From Asterias rubens (Eukaryota), in assembly GCF_902459465.1 (NCBI RefSeq), contig NC_047062.1:7440001-7504000 (forward strand): 64,000 bases of DNA, given 5' to 3'. Position numbers and translations under genes: made by a program. This document shows positions 44,091-55,592 of this stretch, one piece after another. Every line of letters begins with the position of its first letter. Positions within the stretch are counted from its first letter, which is position 1. The notes beneath the pieces were generated by a model. It searched no databases and was not told the DNA's origin. It saw nothing but the letters and a program-made list of their open reading frames with translations.

Positions 44091-44277
44091 CTGAAAAAAG
44101 GAACTTGATTCAAAAGAGGGCGCTATAGAAGAAATGTCTATTTTCGTCGATAGGGGGCACAGAATCTCCTACCATAATGACAAAAGCCACCAATGCCATG
44201 AATACTGATGTACGAACCCGGCCTGAATAGCCGAGCTTTGGGCACGAGAGGTCGCAAGGAACAACCACATCTGGCAG

Positions 44278-44440
44278 GGCCCATTTTCATAGAGTTGCGT
44301 AACAGAAAAAAAAGTAGCCGAGCACACCAGAATAAGGTTACCAACCAAACTTCCATATACATATTGGGACTGGTATCCTGCTCTTTCTGCTTAGCACAAA
44401 CATTTTAAGCTCTGCTTAAGCAGCTCTATGAAATTGACCC
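44278..44440. mobile_element. PIF/Harbinger-type MITE (short)
   Basis: CAG|GGCCCATTTTCATAGAG...CTCTATGAAATTGACCC|CTG. Confidence 0.7.
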
Positions 44441-47400
44441 CTGGGCTTTGATTTGGCGACTCTTCCTTTTTATAGTGAGACAACCAGAGTCACCAACACC
44501 ATGTCTTTGTACGGCAACCTGACCACTTGCAATAATTCCCCAAGCGACGTTTCTGACGCGACGTGACGACGTTTCTGACGCAACGCTGCTGGCGGGACGC
44601 TTCTGATACCCTTACTTTGATCTCATGATGAATAATGACAAAGCTTCAGTGTGAGACTCCCAACAATAACCCAAGAAGATGATGATATGATTTCAGATCA
44701 AAGAAGTTGTCTGAGTTGGATGTCCCCCACACTTTCGTATATCCAGTCCAGCTGAAAAGCACTGAGCAGATGAGGAAAGCAACCAGGGGGTTCAGCCTGG
44801 TGAGAACCTATAGCCACGCTGCCATTCACGGAAAGTCAATACATTTCTTCGTCACCAGGTGATCTTAGACCTCTTAGAAGCTGGATCATCCCTAAGGATT
44901 GTGGAACTGTGGGTGCAAAAGTTGCTGGCATAGGAACACGTAATCAGAATAAAACTAGTGAGGCTGAGTTTGATTTCGGTTTGAAATACAAAATGACCGC
45001 AACAACAAAATTGCGGTAGAAATTACTTAAGCTGGCACCTGAAGATTGCCAGTATGCGTCGATACGACTGAAGCAGGAGAGTTTCACAGGCAGATACCAC
45101 GTTGGAAGAAACTCTGGTGGTAGGTCTGGATTCTACAGTTCTGATGATGGAACTAGAGGTGACAACCTATGGTGGCTGATCTACCAATTCTGGTCTGGAT
45201 GGGATGACGACCAGCTTTGCAAAGGCTACAAAAGATCGCACGATGCCAAACAAAACAGCGAAGCATAATCGTAAAGTTAGAAGCTGCAGAAATAACAGGC
45301 ACACTGCAAAACCGATGGACGGTATGTTGAAGAATACCATTGCAGTCGAGTGCAATTCACGGGACAGCCATGCCAACGGCCAACCACATGATGCGCTCAA
45401 CAATAAGTTATCAAGATTTTTCTGTTTAGGATTTCGTCCAAAGAATGACCGAAATCTAACTCATGAAGAATCTTACCCTACATAGTCCAAAACAAGCAGG
45501 TCTGGTACACATACACAAAACCATGTCTACAGAAATGAGGAAAGTGATAGATGTTGTGTCCCTTGCTCTATGGTTTTGTGAAGTCGAAAGTCTTTTCGAA
45601 GCACCGGCTTTACATTTCCGCGCCATGCTGCGTTTTCACGTCATCCTGCGTCATCCTTGGCTAAACCTTTTAACATTAGTCGTTGCCGTAGCTGTGGTTG
45701 CCAATTCGGATACGGAAACAGTGTGATCATTTAAAACAATATTGATGGTTAAAAGCAGATAGCAACCAGACAACACCATGATGTGGTGAAGCGGCCTAAC
45801 CGTCTTTTACAGCGTTTAAGCCAATTTAGGTCATAAGGGCCTATAAGTTCATGTTTCCACCAATCACATAAGCCCATTTTCACGAAAAATATTTTTCAAC
45901 AACATTTCTGTCGATACAAACTTGGAGATGGGAACTAGACATAAACAGTAACCGCATGTAACAGTAACTTGAACCATATACAATAGATCAATTCTGTTAT
46001 TTGCTCATATCATGCTTGAACAGCCCTTCGTATCCATACTTAGTTTCTTGAAACCGCGACCTCTGCAGTTGAGTTCGAATGTAGCTCAGGGTAGCCGGAG
46101 AAGGAAAGAGGGTTTCCGCAAAAGGTTTTGACATTAGTGTTGTTGTTGTTTTGTTTTGTTTTGGAGAGAAGTGTGGGGAGTAATCTTAAGAGGCATTTTC
46201 AGCGCAACTGTGTTTTCCCAATAAAATTGTAAAAAAAAAAAATAAAAAAAAAATCCAAACCCTCAGTCTTGTTTCCAGCTTGCTTGTAACTTGACCACCG
46301 CAAAATATGACAAAACGTGAACTAGATGTAAAACATATTTATCTTCCTTTCAATATCATCTGGGTTAACTTTTTGTTCAAAAGTGAATACTCGTCGCATA
46401 CAACGGCATATATTTTCTTGTCAGAAACCGGTGCAGTACCATTGTGAATAATGAATGTCCCATAGAGGACTGATACCCAGGGGGTGGTTGCTGAACTTTT
46501 GAGGGGGCCTTCCATCGCTGAAGTAAAAGTTTGAGTATCAATTAATTCTCAAACTGCACGGCGCCAGCCTTGATCAATCAAAAACGCAGTAATGTTACGA
46601 AACGTTTTGTACCGACTCTCTTGAAGGGATCGCTTCAACTGCCGTCCCACGGTATAACGTGGCATTTTGTTTGTACTGTACTGCAAACAGAACGTGCCGT
46701 ATACAACAGCACTTTCCCACTAGTGATAAACAAGTCATTTGTTTGTCAATAAATGTTGGTCACGGGCCACCAGCACTTGATGTGGGTAATTCGTCTTCAG
46801 TAGCCTATATAGTCCCATGGGTAGAGTTGTATAGAGTTTCAAACTATATAGTTTCCATTGCAAGCCAATACAAGGGTGAAATCATGGCCTTGGTGGTCGT
46901 AGCCATTAATAGCTTCCTGTTCATTATCTCCATAGAAATAAATGGAAAAATTACTACTAAAAAGGTAAACACAAAAACAAACGTTTTGCTTCATTTTCCT
47001 TCATTTTATAATTTGTTATCTTGTTTGGACTTTTGTATTCTGTAGTTTGTGTGAAGGTGCTCACCCCCCCCCCCCCCAAAAACAAAAAGCTTTTCCTGAA
47101 CAATATTTGACTCATTCATCCAAAGGACTACTTCGATATTACTCTAAACGTATTCGGTTGACAATTTGCACTTATAACAAACCCACTGGATGCTTCGTGA
47201 CAAGCAACTTCTTCCATAATAGTCTGAGTTCCAATCGAATGAAAGATAAGAATCAGTCGGTACAAAGGCCATGATTTAATGGGAATACTGTCTCGTTATC
47301 TGGGCTAGAGATGGGGTTATGGCGGGTCCACAAAAATCCCGCGATATTTGACAGGAGTTTCCCAGTGTTTTCCCAAACATTATTGTCCATTCTTGTACGT

Positions 47401-47518
47401 TTTGAGTGAAACTTGCTATAGTTCTTTTCAGTTATAATGTATAACGTTGCAGAAGTAGGTCAGTTTTAAGATGACACTGCAATAAAAATTGATGAACATT
47501 CCCAAACCAATAAATGAA

Positions 47519-47847
47519 CACTCTTAAAAAAACTCCCTTGTCATAATTAGAGTCATAAAATTGACCCGGATCCGAGTTCCGTGGTACCTTTATTTTCTGG
47601 GTTAGTATGACCCGGAATCGTAATAAAATTACCCAGAACTTACCCAGAATCCAAGTTAAGAAATCATGTTTGGGTCAGGTTGATCTGGAACTGTGCAAAA
47701 ATGGGTTTTTAATAAGGATTCTGCGTCAGTTTGGTCCATTTCCAGGTAAAGTTGTTACCTATCCAGGGTCATACTGCGCGGAAATGATTGACGTCACAAT
47801 GGGACGCTGAACTGGGTCAACTCTGACCCGAGGAGTTTTTACCAGTG
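47519..47847. mobile_element. CMC/EnSpm-like MITE
   Basis: CACTCTTAAAAAAACTCC ... GGAGTTTTTACCAGTG termini with internal tgacccg/ctgggt repeats. Confidence 0.55.
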
Positions 47848-49112
47848 TATGGCTTCATAAATCTTATGTCAGATGTTGTTTGATACAGGTATCTTTCTAA
47901 ATCCACCAGAATGCCTTCTGTGTTAATAGACTCGGATAAATTGGATGGTCATAATATCTGACAAAAAATGATAGATTTCGCTTCGCATCACTGAATCTGA
48001 ATCCACAAAATAATTTCATTCATAAGACATCCTGGTGTAATGGAGGTTTGTTAGAGAGAAAACAATCCGGGTGAACAAACTTTTAGACATTATATGATCG
48101 TAGTATAATATAGATTTACAGATCTGGGCCCAGTTTCATGAGAAGGGAACCAGTCATAAACATTATACATCACATAGTATTTTAGTTGGTCACCTGTTTT
48201 TGACAAAGGTAGAAGGCAATTCGGTGCTTCTTAACAGTGCTAAGCGGTACTTCTGCAAAGTGTGTCTGTGAAGTTTGGTATATGACAGTGCAGCATTATA
48301 TAGACTGGTGCCGAGATACAACAGGTGTTGCTAGTCTGCTTGTTGAACAATATTGTGATGCGGTCGGGTTTTATTTATTTCTGTGCCATTTCTATGTTTT
48401 TGAGTGAGATTCTTACTTTCTGTTCTGTTTAACAAAGAAACCAAGGAAAACTATATACATAGCTATATATAGATTCCGCTGAGCATTAGGTCTCTGAACA
48501 CACACTACGACTTTTGCGAAAATCAAACAAGAATGACATGTTCCAATGTTGCCTGCTCTTTTGTTACCATGAGTCGTGTTTAGTAAATCATTTATTGTCT
48601 GTTCGCTGACACTGTGAAATGGGGCCACCCCTTTAACGGCACAATCCCCTCCACCAAAGAGCTATGATGTGCAGAGTGGGCTGTCATAACATGACAGCGT
48701 GAATGGCCCCCAATGCCCCCATCCTGATCCCAACCCGATTCCATTTACGGATGTTATGGCGAACATTTTGATTGACTGTATGGAAGTTTTCAAGAGCCCC
48801 CACACCGTTTATTTGTGTTGGACGTCAATGAATCAAAAGCACAAGTGATTTCATGGTTACATAAAGGTCTGATTTTATGAGACAAGAGGGGCTCAAGTGG
48901 AATATCACTGGTCCCCTGGACTGAGGGGTATCGGTTATTGGCCCCGAAATACTTCAGTGCGGGGCAAAGTCCTGACGGAGCCCAAAAATAGTATAGCCTA
49001 CCTCGTGAAGATCGACTAAACGCGAGGAATTACGTGACAGAATCATTTGTGTACACACTCCATCGGGTTGGGGTAACATCTGGGTAAATTTGACAAGAAA
49101 CTCGGATCTTAA

Positions 49113-49473
49113 AGGCAGTGGACAAAGTTGGTAGTTACTAAAAATAGTTATTAGCATAAAACCTGCATGGTAATGAGTGATGGGGAGAGGTTGATAGTAT
49201 AATACTTTGTGAGAAATGGCTCCCTCTGAAGTTACGCAATTTTCCACGAATTTTATTTCGAGAGCTCAGATTTAGAATTTGAGGTCTCGAAATCAAGCAT
49301 CTGAAAGCACACAACTTCGTATGACAAGGGTGTTTTTTCTTATTATTATCTCGCAACTTTGACGACCGATTTACCTCAAATTTTCACAGGTTTGTTATTT
49401 TCTGCATATGTTGAAATACACCAAGTGAGAATACTATTCTTTGAAAATAATTTACCAATAGTGTCCAGGGTCT
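49113..49473. mobile_element. Kolobok-type MITE, family A
   Basis: TTAA flanks, family TIRs and body. Confidence 0.85.
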
Positions 49474-49996
49474 TTAATAGCAATTAGCAACATAGATTGA
49501 TACTGTTCCGGCGGAACTCCCCCCCCCCCTTTCTGATGTCAATGTTCAACCCGGACTGTGGATCGTATTGGTTAAGTTTAACAATGATTATCTAACTCCA
49601 GATTGCGGATTTGGGAGATTTGTGTGGGACGAGTTGTGGGGGCAAACTGACACGATGGAGGGATCCGGAAAATCCATGTCAACTATTGCCCCAAAACGTT
49701 GCAGGACTACTATTGGGGTTTCGCTACAAATATTTTAAAAATAATGAAAACAAACATTAGGTTACAATATTCCCAATATTTGAGGGGAAACAACGACTTC
49801 ACATAGATCCTGCATTTTGTATCAGTATAGTTTTGCGCAACTGAGCGAATAAAGTTATTTTGTATTTCTTTAATTTATTTAACTTTCCATTCTGTTTATT
49901 GTATAATAGTGTTATTTGTGCTGAATTTCTGTATTATCATCATGTGTGCAAATGTGAAAATTTGCAACGCGAAGAAAGTGCAAATTCTATCATCTT

Positions 49997-51150
49997 GTCT
50001 CGGATGTTACTGAGCTTGATGCCCTAACGGTTACTTATCCCAATCCTGGTCTCAGATGTTACTGAGCTTGATGCCCTAACGATTTCTTACCACAACCCTG
50101 GTCTCGGATGTTACTGAGCTTGATGCCCTAACGGTTACTTGCCCCAATCCTGGTATCAGATGTTACTGAGCTTGATGCCCTAAGGGTTACTTACCCCAAT
50201 CCTGGTCTCGGATGTTACTGAGCTTGATGCCCTAACGGTTACTTGCCCCAATCCTGGTATCAGATGTTACTGAGCTTGATGCCCCAACGGTTACTTACCC
50301 CAATCCTGGTATCAGATGTTACTGAGCTTGATGCCCTAACGGTTACTTACCCCAACCCTGGTCTCAGATGTTACTGAGCTTGATACCCTAACAGTTACTT
50401 ACCCCAATCCTGGTCTCAGATGTTACTGAGCTTGATACCCTAACGGTTTCTTACCCCAACCCTGGTCTCAGATGTTACTGAGCTTGATGCCCCAACCGTT
50501 ACTTACCCAAATCCTGGTATCCGATGTTACTGAGCTTGATGCCCCAACGGTTACTTACCCCAACCCTGGTCTCAGATGTTACTGAGCTTGATACCCTAAC
50601 GGTTACTTACCCCAATCCTGGTCTCAGCAGATGTTACTGAGCTTGATACCCTAACGGTTACTTACCCCAATCCTGGTCTCAGCAGATGTTACTGAGCTTG
50701 ATACCCTAACGGTTACTTACCCCAACCCTGGTCTCAGATGTTACTGAGCTTGATACCCTAACGGTTACTTACCCCAATCCTGGTCTCAGCAGATGTTACT
50801 GAGCTTGATACCCTAACGGTTACTTACCCCAACCCTGGTCTCAGATGTTACTGAGCTTGATACCCTAACGGTTACTTACCCCAATCCTGGTCTCAGCAGA
50901 TGTTACTGAGCTTGATATCCTAACGGTTACTTACCCCAATCCTGGTCTCAGCAGATGTTACTGAGCTTGATATCCTAACGGTTACTTACCCCAATCCTGG
51001 TATCAGATGTTACTGAGCTTGATATCCTAACGGTTACTTACCCCAATCCTGGTCTCAGATGTTACTGAGCTTGATGCCCCAACGGTTACTTACCCCCATT
51101 TTGGACTCAGATGTTACTGAGCTTGATACCCTAACGGTTACTTACCCCAT
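49997..51150. repeat. 52-bp minisatellite (22 units, some 55-bp variants)
   Basis: Consensus CAGATGTTACTGAGCTTGATGCCCTAACGGTTACTTACCCCAATCCTGGTCT, head-to-tail with no spacers. Confidence 0.95.
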
Positions 51151-52429
51151 CCCGTACTTTTTATGTCTTAGGTGTTATCTCATTATTCCCAGGTTTATGC
51201 CTTCGAATCGTAATAAAGAAGTAAAGCAGACAAAACTACCCAGCAGCAGGAGGCCCTTATAATTTCAGAGCTTAGTTTCTATGTCAAGGTTCGTTAAAGT
51301 TCGAGAGAAAAAGAAAAAAATATCCCGCTGAGCAGTGACGGGAACAAATCAAAAACTTTATTGATACACAAGATGGTTTAAAAGCAGCATGCTTGTTTAA
51401 AAAAAAAAGGGTACGCAGCGGTCGTTCAGTGAACTTAGATAAGTTTGTGTCCCTGGTAATGTTTTTTTTATTATAGTTGAGCTATACTTCACTTTATGAT
51501 ATCATGCGTCAGATTCGTATTATGCGACCGACCTTCATAAAATAGTTCAATCACAAAAGGATGTGTTTTGAAGAACCGCCGATAACCCGTTGGTGTTTTG
51601 ACATTGCCATGAATGCATGAACGACTCACGTTGGCGACAAAAATACTATTTATAAAAGGTTTTGAAATGTATTCCAGATTTTAGGATTTTTACTTCAGGA
51701 ACGTTGAACTCCGTTTTGGTAATCGAAACGGATTCTGAGATTTAAATTTGAAGTGAGGGTATCAGAGTCAGGAGTTACAACTTGTAGAAACAATCTCAGT
51801 TAAAAGTTCCAACTCCATTTATTGGACGCGAGTGATCATTCTGCCGTTAATCCTGCTCTGATTTTGTTGTACCAAAAATGACTTTGGGTTTTGAACAAAA
51901 CACAAATTATTTTCCTAGGGAAAGCCTTCGGGAGTTTACTGCTGTGCCTCGTAGCTCAGCTGGTATATCTACATGGAGTCTTGGGTTCAAAGCCCAATGA
52001 GGACCATTTTATTTTCTCATATCCCATGTTTAGTTATTTCACTTCTGTGGTGATTACTGATTAGGCACCATACAAAATATTGTGGGGTTTGTAAACATTT
52101 ACCCAGTCAGTTTCCCTTGTGGTTTATTACTTGACATAAATATTAGTTTTATTGTGACCTTGAATTCGCAACGGCGACATTAAAATGACCAATTTGATCT
52201 GAACTGATCGCGGATACATTGAGTATTAATTTTTGCAAAAGGGTGGAGCTCTCTGCTTCGGAAACGAAGATGCCGAAGAAAGTTGATTCCCAGACCACTT
52301 GCCCTTTGTGCACGTGTGTGCTGAAACTTTCGGGATTATTTGTTCCATTATACTTCCGACTACGATGTACTTGTTGATTTGTTATGCATTCGATTGTTTT
52401 AATCCTATGTAAAGGTAGAAATAAATCAG

Positions 52430-52730
52430 GGTTCTCATAATAGCGCTTTATCACATCCCTGGGTGTATCAAAGCGCTCAGTATGTTTTCCTGCGAGGTAT
52501 GTGGAGCTACGTTTTGAAGCATGATAACTATTCCTTTAAAGCAGGAACACCGGGGTTAACCCCTTCTTTTTTCGATAAGTGCAATGGATTGTTTTGCGCG
52601 CATTACACGGCACACAGGACCAACTGTTTTACGTCCCATCCAAAGGACGAAGCGATGGTTACGACTGGGACTCGAAACCACACTCTGCTGAACAGAAACA
52701 TCAGAGTTTGAATTTGGTGCCCTGGACCGG
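52430..52730 (-). mobile_element. Degenerate tRNA-derived SINE (L2-like tail)
   Basis: Minus-strand head near 52730, body matching 34590-34860, and an aagcgct tail matching 11190-11290. Confidence 0.6.
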
Positions 52731-54056
52731 AGGTCTGCTCAGGAAGAACAATTCGTATTTGGAATGCAGAATCTGCAAACAAATTCAGGCAGAAACAATC
52801 CTCAAACTGAAAATATTTTTGAAATCCCTCTCTCTAAGTTAAAGCCACATTGTTTAGAAGTGAACAGCAGCAGTTCTTCTTTCCAAGTACGTTTTTATTG
52901 TGGTAATTAAATTGGGAGTAATTACCAAAGGTATACCCTCCCTTTAACATTGTCTTTACAAAGAAATGACCAATAGTGTTTTGGGATTGCAAAATATTGT
53001 AAACTGATTGTAGCAAGACGTTGACACGAAAAATGTACACTTAAAGGACGGCGATTGCCCGTCAACAACTTCCTCAATTCACTGAACGATTATGCGCGTA
53101 TAAAGTAAAGAAAGTAAGGACACAAACTCTGCTAAAAGTTGATAATAACTGGTCAAAATATCTCATGTCGGGCTTCCATCACTTTGTTTAATAATATTTT
53201 GCGTAAACATTATGCACGGACACTCGGTGACATGTCGGCTCAATGAAAATCAGCTGTTGTTTGTGGGTGGTACAAGTTGATAGTAGAAAGTGTAAAGTTG
53301 ATGGTGTGCGTAGCATTTGTATCCTGTTAATAATTACCAATTTGGACATTGTTCGTCCGTGTGTACAGAAGTGATATAGTTGATCAGAAAATGCGGGCCA
53401 GCCATTGCATGCACAAACAACTTGCACTAGAAATTAATTAAATGAATGGACAGTGAGGTTGGATTATCTCAAATGGAGAAGCTTGAACTCTCAGGGGATA
53501 TTGCGAATAATATCAGAATATCAGGCGGCTATAGGGGGGGTAGTGCCTGTGAGGTCAGCCAACCTGGTTCCACCTGGTAGTAGGGTAAAGCAGCCGCCAA
53601 TGCCGTCATGCACTTGGTTTAGCCTCGTTCACAGCACGACACTCTATTCTCTTCTGCCTCCCTTCATCCGACCCTATTCAAAGCATTGTCATGGCCGTTC
53701 GATGCACCCTCCCACGGTAGCTACACACAAAGTCGTTAATGGAGCAAGCGTGCGTGACTCCGTCAAAAAAATCCCACATCTAGGCTCGCTGCTGTGATAC
53801 GAACCCATTCGGCGAGCAACAAAAGCACGACACATTTTCCACTTCTCTGCCTCTATGTCCTCATTTCAACTCGTCAACTGTTTTAGGTGTCGTACCGATC
53901 GATCTTTGCATTTCAAGTACCTCCGTGACTTTTTCTGTGTTGCGCATTTCTGAAAGAGTATTATTGGCCGTGTCTGCCTATCGTTATGCATGATGTCCTG
54001 AGTTGACCTCAGAGGCTGTGGAGGAGTAAAATGCCCACCTGTAAACCAGAAGGGAC

Positions 54057-54100
54057 TATATATAAAGAGCTATCATCATCTGTCACAGTAGTCAGTCAGT
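54057..54100 (+). promoter_or_regulatory. TATA box and initiator of the SDR gene
   Basis: TATATATAAAG at 54057-54067, with TCAGT Inr-like motifs at 54092-54100, about 30 nt downstream and about 50 nt before the ATG. Confidence 0.65.
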
Positions 54101-54146
54101 CTTGTTTGGGACACGTCACTGGAGCTCACCTGTACAAGCTGTAACC

Positions 54147-54534
54147 ATGGCGAGCTTGATTGTATTCATTTACCTGTTCATAGTGTACCTTTTACCGTGT
54201 ACAACGTGGGTCCGGCTGGTTGGTGCTTTACCCGCCGTGGTCGTGCTCCTCTTCAGCTGGTTCGGTCCACCGGAGGAGCGGCTTGCTGCCACGGGCAAAG
54301 CCGTGCTGGTCACCGGATGCGATACCGGTATCGGCAACGCATTGGCCAGGTACCTGGACAAATTAGGCTACCGTGTCTTCGCTGGGTGCTTGTTTGCGGA
54401 CGGCAAAGGAGCGCTCGAGTTAAAGAGACAATGCTCAGAGAAACTAGTTGTGCTTCAAATGGACGTAACAGACGAGAAACAAGTAACTGGAGCAGCAGCC
54501 CAAGTACAGAAGATCCTACAGGCAAACAGAGAAA
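54147..54534 (+). CDS. First coding exon of an SDR9C-type short-chain dehydrogenase/reductase (BDH1/RDH/HSD17B2-like); partial
   Basis: ACCATGG start and a hydrophobic N-terminal anchor, then the Rossmann motif KAVLVTGCDTGIG, VFAGCL and LQMDVT. Ends at a phase-1 donor, GAA A|GTATGC (54535). I did not find the expected next exon (GLWGLVNNAG-like) in the window. Confidence 0.88.
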
Positions 54535-54758
54535 GTATGCACATTTTGTTTTCTTTATTTTATATTTAAAGATGGATTAGAAAGACAAAGAAGTTGCAGG
54601 GAAGTTGTGACAATGTTCTTTAGTGTTTCCATTCCAATCTACTTTTCAATTTAGTATATTGTAAGCTATAGTGTTTTGGGGATCTTTGATTGTGTTTTTG
54701 CTCTGCAACCAGTTAGTTTCATTCCGAAATTGGGTTCCTGGTGAATTCGTTGTTTTAA

Positions 54759-55136
54759 AGGCAGTGGACACTATTGGTAATTACTCAAAATAATTATTGG
54801 CATAAAACCTCATTTGGAAACGAGAATGGAGAGAGGTTGGTAGTATATTAGCATTGTGAGAAACGGCTCCCTCTGAAGTGACGTAGTTTTGGAGAAAGAA
54901 GTAATTTTCTTCGAATTTGATTTCGAGACCTCAAGTTTAGAACTTGAGGTGTCAAAATCAAGCATCAGCTGAAAGCACACAACTTCGTGTGACAAGGGTG
55001 ATTTTTCTTTCATTATCTCGCAACTCCGACGACTGATCGAGCTCAAGTTTTCACAGGTTTGTTATGTTATGCATATGTTGAGATACACCAAGTGAGAAGA
55101 CTGGTCTTTGACAATTACCAATAGTGTCCAGTGTCT
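54759..55136. mobile_element. Kolobok-type MITE, family A
   Basis: TTAA|AGGCAGTGGACACTATTGG...CCAATAGTGTCCAGTGTCT|TTAA. Confidence 0.9.
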
Positions 55137-55352
55137 TTAATTGATGAGCGAGGGTTTTCCTATTGTACTCCTACCAAGCTTTGAACTTATGCATATAAAT
55201 ATGCAGAATACTATGATAAAATAACTTACCTTTTTGCAGGTTCGCGGACGTGGTATATGCTATTGTAGACATTGTTGATATTTTTAGTCACTAAATGATT
55301 GCCTAGTCAACACCTTATCACAATTTCTTGAATGCATTAATCTTACATAATA

Positions 55353-55592
55353 ATTTGGTTTGCGGTAACACCATGTGTGTATCTACTTGCCAGTATAGAG
55401 AACTATCTTTCTTTATTCTACGACCGCGGAGTAGATTTATCCGATGTTCGGGAGACTTCTCAGTTGAAAAGAACTGTCCTGCTTTTTAACTATCACCCGG
55501 GCGGAAGGTATAGAAAATTGGCTGGGACTACTACTTTAAGCTAAACTCTACCTGGCAAGTAGAGACACACATGGTGTTACCGCAAACCAAAT
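55353..55592. mobile_element. MITE with about 40-bp near-perfect TIRs
   Basis: atttggtttgcggtaacaccatgtgtgtatctacttgccag ... ctggcaagtagagacacacatggtgttaccgcaaaccaaat. Confidence 0.8.

Noticed and set aside
45017-45019. Programmed stop readthrough or recoding at the single TAG
   Set aside because: There is no evidence that the frame is coding at all, and TAG is not a selenocysteine codon. A pseudogene stop or chance is simpler.
49997-51150. CRISPR-like array
   Set aside because: Units are head-to-tail with no unique spacers, there are no cas genes, and the context is eukaryotic. It is a minisatellite.
53446-53580. 44-aa ORF MDSEVGLSQMEKLELSGD... upstream of the SDR promoter
   Set aside because: It is short, has no recognisable homology or convincing splice donor, and lies upstream of the TATA box. 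There is too little support to call it.
55224-55270. Acceptor TTTTTGCAG at 55239 as SDR exon 2
   Set aside because: In the required phase it reads SSRTWYMLL*, with no SDR motif.
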